Notes under the pieces: generated by a model | Seen by the model: the letters and a program-made list of their open reading frames with translations, nothing else | Databases searched by the model: none | What the model was told of the DNA's origin: nothing | Assembly (NCBI GenBank): GCA_017621525.1 | Contig: JAGASX010000011.1 | Location: 112,111 to 176,110 of the forward strand | DNA: 64,000 nt | Origin: Clostridia bacterium | GTDB lineage: Bacteria; Bacillota; Clostridia; Christensenellales; UBA1242 | Reading direction: 5' to 3' | Position numbers and translations under genes: made by a program | Shown here: positions 1 through 9,289 of the stretch, one piece after another | How positions within the stretch are numbered: the first letter of the stretch is position 1 | How the letters are laid out: the number at the start of each line of letters is the position of its first letter

Positions 1-446
1 CCTATCAAAATTTTTGCACACTCTTTCATGCGTTTTACGTCTAATAGTTTTCTTACCCACGCCATGCGGTTTGCAAGAAATGCTTGTTTTATTTGGCTGT
101 TGTATATTTGATATAAATAGCACTTTCTTTTGATTGAAAAGCGTGCATGAAAATCTGGCACAACTTCTTCCGCCCCTTTTATTACAATATCGGCAGGAAG
201 TGCGTTGTTGAGAATATCTGGAATTTTGCTTGTAGGAACGGGCAGGTCAAGGTCAAAATGTGCAGTTTGATGAAGTGCGTGAACGCCAGCATCTGTGCGA
301 CCGCTTCCAAAAATTTCAACCTCTTTACCTATTGCACGAAAAATTGCACCCTCTATTTCACCTTGTATGGTTTTTTGACATGGTTGTTTCTGCCAGCCTG
401 AATAATTTGTACCATCATATTCAATTGTAAGTAAAATTCTTTTCAT
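1..446 (-). CDS. truA: tRNA pseudouridine synthase TruA, N-terminal part (3' end lies outside the window)
   Basis: Absent from the ORF track because it runs off the window edge. Minus-strand translation from ATG 446-444 gives MKRILLTIEYDGTNYSGWQKQP...FGSGRTDAGVHALHQTAHFDL...PDFHARFS. This contains the TruA catalytic RTDAGVH signature, and the frame stays open to position 1. Confidence 0.85.
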   Translation of the reverse strand, partial: MKRILLTIEYDGTNYSGWQKQPCQKTIQGEIEGAIFRAIGKEVEIFGSGRTDAGVHALHQTAHFDLDLPVPTSKIPDILNNALPADIVIKGAEEVVPDFHARFSIKRKCYLYQIYNSQIKQAFLANRMAWVRKLLDVKRMKECAKILI

Positions 447-506
447 GCAATCATTATACACCTTTTAAGGGCAAAAGCAAAAATATTTTTAAAACATTTT
501 TTTGAT

Positions 507-535
507 TTGACTTAAATAATTAAAAATAATATAAT
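507..535 (+). promoter_or_regulatory. sigma-70-type promoter for the PFOR gene
   Basis: TTGACT (507-512), a 17-nt spacer, then TATAAT (530-535). A GGAG RBS sits about 7 nt before ATG 554. Confidence 0.6.
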
Positions 536-553
536 TTTACTAATGGAGTTATT

Positions 554-3500
554 ATGAAAACAGTTATCACCGACGGAGCAAGTGCAGTTGCGCGCGTTGC
601 ATACAAACTTTCACAAGTTGTGCCTATTTACCCTATTACACCATCAAGTCCAATGGCAGAATTTTGCAGTGGGCTAAATGCGAAAGGCGAAAAAAATATT
701 TTGGGGCAAAAGGTAAAGATGATTGAAATGCAATCAGAGGCCGGCGTTGCTGGGGCGATGCATGGTGCAAGTCTTTCGCGAGCACTTACCTGTTCTTTCA
801 CATCAAGTCAAGGGCTTTTATTGATGATACCAAATATGTACAAAATGGCTGGAGAATGTCTGCCTGTTGTTTTGCATGTGGCAACGCGTGCTGTGGCAAG
901 TCATGCACTTTCTATTTTCTGCGACCACAGCGACATTATGGCAACGCGTATGACAGGCTTTATTATGCTTGCATCTAATTCTGTGCAAGAAGCCCACTAT
1001 ATGGCGCTTGCAAGTCATCTTCTATCACTTAAATGCAAACTGCCCGTTCTTCATTTTTTTGACGGCTTTCGCACAAGTCATCAAATTCAAAAAATTGATG
1101 TCTTTGAAGATGAAGAAATTAAACCTTTATTTGAAAAATTGGCAAAAGATTATATAAATTCTTATGAAGATAAACAATTTGGAACAGCACAAAACCCAGA
1201 CGTATTTTTTCAAAATCGCGAGCGCAATGAAAAAAATTATATTGCCGTTGAGGGTTGTTTAAATGAAATTTTTGGGCAAATTCATTCACTTACCGGCAAA
1301 AAATTTTCTGCATTTGAATATGTTGGCGCAAAAGACGCGGAGCAAGTTGTTGTTTCAATGGCGTCATCTTGTCAAACTATTGAGGAATATATTAAAAGTA
1401 ACCCAAATGAGAAAATTGGGCTTGTAAAAGTAAGGCTTTATCGTCCGTTTTTACAAAATGCTTTTCTTTCAGCACTTCCAAAAAGTGTAAAAAAAGTTAC
1501 TGTTTTGGACAGGACAAAAGAAAATGGAGCCAATGCACCACTTTTTCTTGACGTTTGCAGTGCACTTATGGGTAAAAATATTGCCCTGCTTTGCGGGCGA
1601 TATGGGCTTGGTGGAAAGGAATTTTTACCAGAGCACGTTCATTCAATTTTTGAAAATATGAAATTGCAATCGCCAAAAAATAACTTTACCGTTGGTATTG
1701 ATGATGACGTGTTTGGCAATTCTCTGCAAATTTTACCTTACAAGCACCATTCAAACGATTTTGCAATTAAGGTTTTTGGGTTAGGCTCTGACGGCTCTGT
1801 ATCTGCAAGTAAGGCGACAATTAAAATTCTTGGTGAAAATTACAATAAAAATGTGCAGGGTTATTTTGAATATGACTCTAAAAAATCTGGCAGTTTAACA
1901 ACCTCGCATATTCGCATTTGTGAAAATGAAATTTTAAGTGAATATTTGCTTGAAAGTGTTGACCTTATTTCTATAAATAATTTTTCATTTGTAGGAAAAT
2001 ACCATTGTTTGAAAGGAATTAAAAATGGTGGTACCGTTGTTTTGAATACCATTTTTTCTGCCGACGAATTAAATAAGGTTTTACCATGCGAGTTTGTGAA
2101 AACATTAAAGGAAAAAAATTGCAAATTATTTATCATTGACGGGCAAAAAATAGCACGCGATTGCGGGCTTGGAAGTAAAATTAACATTATTATGCAAACT
2201 GCCCTATTTAAGTGTGGCGGACTGCTTGATGAAATTGAAATTAAAAAGAACGTTGAAAAATATATTCGCCATAACTTTGCTGTGAAAGGTGATGACGTTG
2301 TGGCAAAAAACATTAAAGCCATGGAAATTGCCTTGGGTGAAATTTCACAGGTTGAAATTGACAATTTGCAAGGCGTTGAAGTTCAACCAAAAGCCAAAAT
2401 TGACAATGATTTTTATAATGACATTATAAGCCCTATCAGCAAGTTGGAGGGCGACAAAATACCTCTTTCAAAATTTTCTGTTGACGGTTCTGCACCGCTG
2501 GGCACAACTGAATTTGAAAAACGGGCTATTGCATCACGTTTGCCAGAATGGATTAAAGAAAATTGTATTCAATGTGGCAAGTGTGTGCTTGCCTGCCCTC
2601 ACTCTGCCCTTTCTGCATTGCTGACAGAGGACAAAGTAGATGACACCTTTGTAAAGGCGTTGGGATTGCCCGACAAGATGTTTAAAATTTTGCTTTCACC
2701 AGAAGATTGCACCGGTTGTGGCGTTTGTGCAAACACCTGCCCTGCAATTAAAAAGGCACTTTCTATGAAAGGCGCAGAAGAAATTTTATCGCAAAAAATT
2801 GAAGAGTACCTCAAAGGTTTAAGCGTTTGCAAAAGTGAACAAAAATTATTCTCTGAAAATACCGCCAAAGGATTGCAGTTTAAGGAAAGTTTGTTTAAAT
2901 TCCCCGGAGCCTGTGCTGGTTGCGGGCAGACGCCTTATTTAAAACTTTTAAGCATGATAAATGGAAGCAACATGATGATTGCAAATGCCACAGGCTGTTC
3001 TTCAATCTATGCCGGAACATTTGGCAGTTGCCCTTACGGAAGTGATGAAAATGGAGGAATTTTCTGGGCAAATAGTCTGTTTGAGGACAACGCTGAGTTT
3101 GGCTTAGGCTTAAAACTTGGCAACGCTTTCACCAAGAATAAAGGCAAAAATGTTTGGATAATAGGCGGTGATGGTTGGGCAAACGACATTGGATTTGGCG
3201 GGCTTGACCACATTCTTGCAAGTGGTGAAAATGTGAATATTTTGGTGCTTGACAACCAAAGTTATTCCAACACCGGCGGGCAGGCAAGCAAAGCGACACC
3301 TACGGGCGCAAGTGTTAAGTTTGCCGAAGGTGGTAAAGAGAATTTTAAGAAAAACCTTGCACAAATTGCCCTTTGCTATGACAATGTTTATGTTGCACAA
3401 ATTGCCATTGGTGCAAGTATGGAGCAAAGCATTAAAGCATTTAAAGAGGCGCAAATGCATAACGGCGTAAGCATTGTTATTGCATACTGCCCTTGCATCA

Positions 3501-3763
3501 ATCAAGGTTTTGAACTTTCTGACATGATAAGTGATACAGCAAATGCTGTGAAGTGCGGTTTTTGGCCTATCTTCCGTTTTGTCCCTGACGAAAATAAATT
3601 ATATTTAGACAGCGACATAGACGAGAAAAAGTTTTTTGATTACATTAAAAGGCAACGAAGATTTGCAATTACTTTACGTGCTGGAAAAAATCACCTTATT
3701 GAAAAGCAAAAGTTGCAAGCAGTGCGTGATTATCAATTTTTGAAAGATTTAAGTGAAAAATAA
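554..3763 (+). CDS. nifJ: pyruvate:ferredoxin (flavodoxin) oxidoreductase, single-chain PFOR
   Basis: 1069 aa. N-terminus is DGASAVARVAYKLSQVVPIYPITPSSPMAE. Two ferredoxin-type cluster motifs are present, CIQCGKCVLACP and CTGCGVCANTCP. The TPP-binding motif is GGDGWANDIGFGGLDH...LDNQSYSNTGGQ. Confidence 0.95.
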   Translation: MKTVITDGASAVARVAYKLSQVVPIYPITPSSPMAEFCSGLNAKGEKNILGQKVKMIEMQSEAGVAGAMHGASLSRALTCSFTSSQGLLLMIPNMYKMAGECLPVVLHVATRAVASHALSIFCDHSDIMATRMTGFIMLASNSVQEAHYMALASHLLSLKCKLPVLHFFDGFRTSHQIQKIDVFEDEEIKPLFEKLAKDYINSYEDKQFGTAQNPDVFFQNRERNEKNYIAVEGCLNEIFGQIHSLTGKKFSAFEYVGAKDAEQVVVSMASSCQTIEEYIKSNPNEKIGLVKVRLYRPFLQNAFLSALPKSVKKVTVLDRTKENGANAPLFLDVCSALMGKNIALLCGRYGLGGKEFLPEHVHSIFENMKLQSPKNNFTVGIDDDVFGNSLQILPYKHHSNDFAIKVFGLGSDGSVSASKATIKILGENYNKNVQGYFEYDSKKSGSLTTSHIRICENEILSEYLLESVDLISINNFSFVGKYHCLKGIKNGGTVVLNTIFSADELNKVLPCEFVKTLKEKNCKLFIIDGQKIARDCGLGSKINIIMQTALFKCGGLLDEIEIKKNVEKYIRHNFAVKGDDVVAKNIKAMEIALGEISQVEIDNLQGVEVQPKAKIDNDFYNDIISPISKLEGDKIPLSKFSVDGSAPLGTTEFEKRAIASRLPEWIKENCIQCGKCVLACPHSALSALLTEDKVDDTFVKALGLPDKMFKILLSPEDCTGCGVCANTCPAIKKALSMKGAEEILSQKIEEYLKGLSVCKSEQKLFSENTAKGLQFKESLFKFPGACAGCGQTPYLKLLSMINGSNMMIANATGCSSIYAGTFGSCPYGSDENGGIFWANSLFEDNAEFGLGLKLGNAFTKNKGKNVWIIGGDGWANDIGFGGLDHILASGENVNILVLDNQSYSNTGGQASKATPTGASVKFAEGGKENFKKNLAQIALCYDNVYVAQIAIGASMEQSIKAFKEAQMHNGVSIVIAYCPCINQGFELSDMISDTANAVKCGFWPIFRFVPDENKLYLDSDIDEKKFFDYIKRQRRFAITLRAGKNHLIEKQKLQAVRDYQFLKDLSEK

Positions 3764-3790
3764 AAAGAGGCTTTGATAAGCCTTTTTTTA
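3764..3790. terminator. bidirectional intrinsic terminator between convergent genes
   Basis: AGGCTT-tgat-AAGCCT hairpin with an A-run on one side and a T-run on the other. It lies between stop codons at 3763 (+) and 3791 (-). Confidence 0.6.
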
Positions 3791-4702
3791 TTACATATAA
3801 TATTTTGACAAAAAATTTTCAACAACTTTTGTGTATGATTTTGGATTATTTAAGTATGATTGCACATGAGCCGAGTTTGGAGCAATATAAGTTTCTTTTC
3901 TTGTTTCTGGCAATTGTGATGAAAGAGTTTTTAAGTTTTCAGTTGGCACAAAATCGTCATTTTCACCATGAATGAAAAGCATTGGTATTTTACATTTTTG
4001 AAGAGCCTTGACCCCATCTACCTTTTTTAAATCAAAGTTTTTTGTGCGTTTTGTGTAAGAATAAAATATTTTAAAAATTGGTTTGATTGCCATTTTGCTT
4101 TTAAAATATACATGGGCAAGTTGATTATAGGCGTTGCTGAAACCGCAATCTTCAATGGCAAGCACAACGTTTTGCGGAAGTTGATTTCCGCAGGCAAGGC
4201 ATATTGATGTTGCACCCATTGATATACCAAAAAGAATGATTTTATATTGGGGATTTCTTTCAAGCATTTTATTTACCCACAGCATCAAATCTTTGCTTTC
4301 ATTCTCGCCCATTGTGATGTCATCACCCTCGCTTTTGCCATGACATCTTAAATCTATTGCAAGTATATCATAGTTTCGAGTGGCAAAGATTTTTACGTAG
4401 GGCTCCATTTGATGACAGTTTCCGCCATAACCATGCACCAAAATAGCAAGTTTCTCACCTCCCATTTGTTTGAATATTCCCCTTAATTTAAGGTTGTCAT
4501 GGCTTTTAATTTCCACGCGTTCAACATCTTCGGCGAACAAGTTTTGTGGATGATTTTGAATATTTTTTTGTATGCTTTTTTTATATTTTCCATTTCTATT
4601 TAAACATCGATTATAGGTAATATTGCCTATTAAAATATAACTGGCAAGCACAAGCAAAATTGCCACCAAAATTATAAGGCTGACAAGCCAAAAAATTTTC
4701 AT
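3791..4702 (-). CDS. membrane-anchored alpha/beta-fold hydrolase
   Basis: 303 aa. It has an N-terminal TM helix, HGYGGN, a GISMGA nucleophile elbow (GxSxG) and HGENDDFVP. A GGAG RBS precedes the ATG. Confidence 0.8.
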   Translation of the reverse strand: MKIFWLVSLIILVAILLVLASYILIGNITYNRCLNRNGKYKKSIQKNIQNHPQNLFAEDVERVEIKSHDNLKLRGIFKQMGGEKLAILVHGYGGNCHQMEPYVKIFATRNYDILAIDLRCHGKSEGDDITMGENESKDLMLWVNKMLERNPQYKIILFGISMGATSICLACGNQLPQNVVLAIEDCGFSNAYNQLAHVYFKSKMAIKPIFKIFYSYTKRTKNFDLKKVDGVKALQKCKIPMLFIHGENDDFVPTENLKTLSSQLPETRKETYIAPNSAHVQSYLNNPKSYTKVVENFLSKYYM

Positions 4703-4711
4703 ATTTTCTCC

Positions 4712-5614
4712 TTAAACAACTATTGCCTTAACGCTTTCTCCATTTGAAGCGTCTTGATAGGAAAGCCAATATCCAAAACCCTGTGGTTTTTCTTGGTCAA
4801 GAGGTAGCCAAACGGGAAAGCCAGACAACTCGCGTGGAGGGATTTTTTGATACACTCCCGGCACACCATAACAGATATATTTTAATATTTCATCTTGATA
4901 AATAAGCCCCAAAACGTAAAAGTCATCACCTTTGTCTATTGCAACTTTTACCCATTTTGAATTTGGTATAATTTGTTGAAGATACTCCTCTTCTGGATTG
5001 TTTTCAAAAAGGCTGTCGATTTGACCTTTTAATTGATGATAAAATTGAGGAGGCTGTTTCTCTTCTATCTTTTCTTCGCCCATTGTTGACACCGATTGCA
5101 TATAAAATTTTTTATATTGGCAGTTTTCGCAATCCGAGCAATTTTGCAAACATTGTGTGATATTTTCTTCTATTTCTTCCTTTAATTTATCATCAAAATC
5201 TATACCATTTTGGTCGAGTACGCTTTCCACTTCTTCAATATTTTGAGTTTGTGAAAGTGATGAAACAACTTCATCGAAAATATCTTCGCAAGAGGTGTAA
5301 CCCTCGCTGGTGCCATACAGAATTGGCGTAGGTTCTCCATCCAAAAAATTTACAATCGCGCATGAAAAATTTTCTGGAATATCTTTCATAGAGCAGGTGA
5401 AAGAAAACAGCATACCGCCCGTATGTGTTAGTCCAGCCTTTGCAACCTTGCCGTTATGGCAAATGCCTAAACTTATTATTCCGCGTGGCTGAGTGCCAAA
5501 ATTGTAAAGTCTTACAGTCCCCGAAAGGCAGTCTTCACCACTTTCTATGGTCATAAGTGCCCTTTTTGAGCGGTCTTGAACGCCGTTTAGCACAATGCTT
5601 TTCTTTGTCAACAT
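4712..5614 (-). CDS. conserved-looking hypothetical protein with a central Cys cluster
   Basis: The ORF-track start was trimmed to ATG 5614 (MLTKKSIVL), which follows a GAGGTG RBS. The protein is about 300 aa. It has a CLQNCSDCENCQ cluster, an acidic linker and a C-terminal YICYGVPG...GYWLSYQD module. I recognise no family. Confidence 0.6.
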   Translation of the reverse strand: MLTKKSIVLNGVQDRSKRALMTIESGEDCLSGTVRLYNFGTQPRGIISLGICHNGKVAKAGLTHTGGMLFSFTCSMKDIPENFSCAIVNFLDGEPTPILYGTSEGYTSCEDIFDEVVSSLSQTQNIEEVESVLDQNGIDFDDKLKEEIEENITQCLQNCSDCENCQYKKFYMQSVSTMGEEKIEEKQPPQFYHQLKGQIDSLFENNPEEEYLQQIIPNSKWVKVAIDKGDDFYVLGLIYQDEILKYICYGVPGVYQKIPPRELSGFPVWLPLDQEKPQGFGYWLSYQDASNGESVKAIVV

Positions 5615-5716
5615 AAAAACACCTCTTTTTAATACAATAATATTATACAAAGAGATGTTTTTTGATGAATTGGTTATATTGACAAAAAAGTTTGAAAAAT
5701 CAATTTTTTTGACGAA

Positions 5717-7678
5717 TTATTTGCCAATTTTTTTGGTTATTTTTTTGATAATTTCTTTTTCGGCAAAACCTGCTTTTTCATAAATTTCCTTTCCGTCGCC
5801 AGAGCCTTGATATTCATTTACACCAACAAAAATTCCCTCGGTGCCAATGTATTTATACCAAATTGCGTCATTTGATGCCTCTATTGCAACCCTTATTTTA
5901 GCGTTTGGCTGAAGTACCTTGTTTTTGTATGCATAGGATTGTTTTTCAAAAACTTCTATACATGGCATTGACACAACAGACACGGTGTGTTTTTTTGAAA
6001 GTTCATTTGCAACGTTAAGGGCAAGTGCGACCTCACTTCCAGAAGCAAAAATAACAACATCGGCATCTTTTTCTGCCTCTTTGATGATATATCCGCCCTG
6101 TTTGGCCTCTTTAAATTTGCCCTCTACAATAGGCATATCCCCTCTTGAAAGAACCATTGCAGTTGCCCCGCCATTTGTAAGATAGTTATCATAGCCGGCA
6201 AGAAGTTCATTCGCGTCGCAAGGGCGATATACATTAAGACCAATAATTGAACGCAGGTTTGCAATTTGCTCTATTGGTTGATGTGATGCACCATCTTGTC
6301 CTATGGCTATGCTGTCGTGGGTGAAAAAGTAAAGTGTGTTTATATCCATCATGGCTGACATACGGATTGCTGGAAGCATATAGTTTGAAAAGCCAAGGAA
6401 AGTGGCACAGAATGGAATAAAGTCCTCATAAAGTGCAATTCCATTGCAGATGCCTGCCATGGCGTGTTCTCTTACACCAAAATGAATATTTTTGCCCCTT
6501 CGGTTGAAAGAGTGATAGTTTGATGCAGATTCTATAGAAGCGCCTGTGGTATGGCTTACATCGGCGTTTCCGCCAATTATTTGAGGAAGTTTTTCGGCAA
6601 TTTCATTTAAAATCTGTTTGTTAAGTTCTCTACCGCTTAGCCCCTCCCACTTATACGCATTGCGAACGAGTTTTTCTATATCTATTTTCTTTTTGTCAAA
6701 AAAACTGATGAATTGGCGGTAAAGTTCTGGGTTTGATGTCGCATAGACAGCCAAGCATTGGTTCCATTGTTCATGGGCAAGTTTTCCGGCACGAGTTGTT
6801 GCCATGCACCAATCGCGAACATCGTTGGATACATAAAATTTTTCATGCACGCCCATTTTTTTATTAAAATCTTTAAGTTCTTCTTCCGTAAGCACTGCAC
6901 CATGAACAGCAGATGTGCCCTCTTTATTTGTGCCAATGCCTATTGTTGTTTTGAAAATGATGATTGTTGGTTTTGTTGATTTTTTTGCACGAGCAATAGC
7001 GCGGGAGCAGGCATAATAGTCATTGCCCTTTACGCATTTTATAACGTTCCAGCCCATTGCCTTGAATTTTTTTGTTACATTTTCTCTATTGGAAATGTTT
7101 AAACTTCCGTCCATTGTAACATCGTTTGAATCGTAAAGAAGAATAAGTTTGTTAAGATTTAGTTGTCCGGCAAGTGAGCAGGCCTCTTGTGCAACGCCCT
7201 CCATAAGGCACCCGTCCCCTGCAAGGCAGTAGGTGTAGTGATTTATGATTGGAAAGCCAACGCTGTTGAACCTTTCAGCAAGTACAGATTGGGCAATTGC
7301 CATACCCACAGCGTTTGCCACGCCTTGGCCAAGTGGCCCGGTTGAAACCTCTACGCCGTCGGTTGTTTTATATTCTGGATGTCCCGGTGTTTTGGAGCCG
7401 AGTTTTCTTAAATCTTTAAGGTCTTGAAGCGATACATCAAATCCAAAAAGTGATAACAGTGTGTAATACACAGGGCAGGCGTGTCCTGCTGAAAGAACAA
7501 AGCGGTCGCGATTTAAAAAGTCGGTATCGGACACATCAAATGTGTAGTGGTCTTTAAATAAAGCAAGCATGATTGCGCTTATGCCCAACGATGCACCTGT
7601 ATGTCCGCTTTTTGCACTTGTGATTGATTGTGCTGTAAGTGATTTTATATAGTTTAATGTTTTTTCAGCAATTTTCAT
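5717..7678 (-). CDS. tkt: transketolase
   Basis: 653 aa. Motifs are SGHTGASLG, the GDGCLMEG TPP motif and HDSIAIGQDGASHQP. A GGAG RBS precedes the ATG. Confidence 0.95.
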   Translation of the reverse strand: MKIAEKTLNYIKSLTAQSITSAKSGHTGASLGISAIMLALFKDHYTFDVSDTDFLNRDRFVLSAGHACPVYYTLLSLFGFDVSLQDLKDLRKLGSKTPGHPEYKTTDGVEVSTGPLGQGVANAVGMAIAQSVLAERFNSVGFPIINHYTYCLAGDGCLMEGVAQEACSLAGQLNLNKLILLYDSNDVTMDGSLNISNRENVTKKFKAMGWNVIKCVKGNDYYACSRAIARAKKSTKPTIIIFKTTIGIGTNKEGTSAVHGAVLTEEELKDFNKKMGVHEKFYVSNDVRDWCMATTRAGKLAHEQWNQCLAVYATSNPELYRQFISFFDKKKIDIEKLVRNAYKWEGLSGRELNKQILNEIAEKLPQIIGGNADVSHTTGASIESASNYHSFNRRGKNIHFGVREHAMAGICNGIALYEDFIPFCATFLGFSNYMLPAIRMSAMMDINTLYFFTHDSIAIGQDGASHQPIEQIANLRSIIGLNVYRPCDANELLAGYDNYLTNGGATAMVLSRGDMPIVEGKFKEAKQGGYIIKEAEKDADVVIFASGSEVALALNVANELSKKHTVSVVSMPCIEVFEKQSYAYKNKVLQPNAKIRVAIEASNDAIWYKYIGTEGIFVGVNEYQGSGDGKEIYEKAGFAEKEIIKKITKKIGK

Positions 7679-8141
7679 AATATTCTCCTAATTTATCCAT
7701 AATTTTTTTAACAGCCTGCACCGAAGAGCGTTTTTCAAGTTCTATCACCATTCCGTTGGCAATTTCACGCAAAAATTCATCTCTGTGGGTGTAAGAAACT
7801 TTATTAACGGCTTGGGTGATACGCTCTTCTGGCAATTTTACATATATTATAAGCGAATTTTCAAAAAGTGAGTGATATTCATGGATTATATCATAGTTTA
7901 CAGATATTACAGTATCCAAAAAGCCGGCACAATTTTTTACCGCACTTTTTTCCCTTTTCTTAAAATAATCTATACCGCACTTTTGCAAAACATCCTTGGG
8001 ATTGATAAGCTCATACACAATCATTTGATGACAATCCGCCACAAACATACCAAGTTTTGATGCCAAACTTGATGCAATGGTGTTTGAAAACTTATCGTTG
8101 AGTGAAACAATAGCAATGTTTATTGGTGTTTTTTTATCCAT
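7665..8141 (-). CDS. shikimate-kinase/P-loop-kinase-like protein with a degenerate Walker A motif
   Basis: 158 aa. The layout NIAIVSLNDKFSNTIASSLASKLGMFVADCHQMI mirrors the shikimate kinase N-terminus (I.L.G..GSGKST.G..LA..LG..F.D.D). However, the GxxGxGK(S/T) motif is replaced by SLNDKFSN. The 3' end overlaps the tkt start by 14 nt. Confidence 0.45.
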   Translation of the reverse strand: MDKKTPINIAIVSLNDKFSNTIASSLASKLGMFVADCHQMIVYELINPKDVLQKCGIDYFKKREKSAVKNCAGFLDTVISVNYDIIHEYHSLFENSLIIYVKLPEERITQAVNKVSYTHRDEFLREIANGMVIELEKRSSVQAVKKIMDKLGEYYENC

Positions 8142-8176
8142 GTTTCTATTTTAACATAATTTTTCATATTGTACAA

Positions 8177-9289
8177 TTATTTAGCAATCTTTTTTTGAAA
8201 ATAAGGCATATTAAGGTTTTTGAAGGGATTTTCCCATACAATTAAAACAATGGTAAGAAAGCAGGCAAAAATAATTGCCAAATAGTTTGGCGGACGTGTT
8301 GCTTTTGCAAATACAATGTTGTTATCTTCAATTGTAAAAAGAATTGTTCCCATTTTGGCAGTTGATAGTACTTGTGAGTTTGCATTATTTAACCTTTCTA
8401 TCACCTTTGCGTTTGGAAAGTATTGGGAGTTGCCGTCTGTGGATATAACAGCATATTGTGGCTTGACGGCATCAAGCAATTTTTGAGATGTTGAGGTATT
8501 GGAGCCGTGATGTCCAACTTTTAATAAGTCAGCATTAAGGTTATTGCCATATTTATCTACAATTCTGCTTTCTATTGAATTTTCACAATCGCCCATAAAC
8601 AAAAACTTTTTGTTTTGATATTCAATCATAAGAACTACGCTGTAATTATTAGATGATTGTTTTACCTCTTCGGTAGGCGAAAGGCAGGTGATTTTACATT
8701 CGCCCAAGTTAAGCGACATTCCGTCTATGGCAAAATGCATAGTTATTTGATTTTGATAGGCATAATTTATCACATTATCATATGTGTAAGTTTCATCATA
8801 TCCATATTCGGGATATGATCCCCTTTCATATTCGCTTATGCTTATAACCGGAGGTCTTAAAAAATTGACAACCTCAAATGTTTGCATAATTTTTAAGGCA
8901 CCGCCTATATGGTCGGTATCTGGATGAGTTATTAAAAAATAGTCAACTTTGTCCATATCTTCGGCAATCATGTATTGGGTTATATATTCGCAAACGCGGA
9001 GTGAATATTCCTCTTCTCCGGTGTCTATAAGCATGGTTTGATTTGTGGGCAGTTTTATTAAAATGCAATCACCCCTGCCAACATCTATAAAATGAATTTG
9101 AAAGGGGTTGCTTTGAAAATTGTTGCCATAAATTGTAGCGTAGCAATAGTTAAAACCATTGTTTGATACAAAAATCACTACAAAAATTACAGCAAAAAGG
9201 ATAGTAAAACATAGTTTTACGTAAAATTGCCCACTTTTAAGCATTTCATTTTTCAACTTTTCCTTAAATGTTTTCTTTTGTTGTTTCAT
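8177..9289 (-). CDS. membrane-anchored MBL-fold hydrolase (ComEC/Rec2 C-terminal domain type, no channel domain)
   Basis: 370 aa. It has one N-terminal TM helix, DVGRGDCILI, the ITHPDTDHIGG metallo-beta-lactamase motif and VGHHGS. Its ATG overlaps the upstream stop as ATGA. Confidence 0.75.
   Translation of the reverse strand: MKQQKKTFKEKLKNEMLKSGQFYVKLCFTILFAVIFVVIFVSNNGFNYCYATIYGNNFQSNPFQIHFIDVGRGDCILIKLPTNQTMLIDTGEEEYSLRVCEYITQYMIAEDMDKVDYFLITHPDTDHIGGALKIMQTFEVVNFLRPPVISISEYERGSYPEYGYDETYTYDNVINYAYQNQITMHFAIDGMSLNLGECKITCLSPTEEVKQSSNNYSVVLMIEYQNKKFLFMGDCENSIESRIVDKYGNNLNADLLKVGHHGSNTSTSQKLLDAVKPQYAVISTDGNSQYFPNAKVIERLNNANSQVLSTAKMGTILFTIEDNNIVFAKATRPPNYLAIIFACFLTIVLIVWENPFKNLNMPYFQKKIAK

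Noticed and set aside
147-401. An 84-aa plus-strand ORF at the left edge.
   Set aside because: It lies antisense to the clearly recognisable truA coding sequence.
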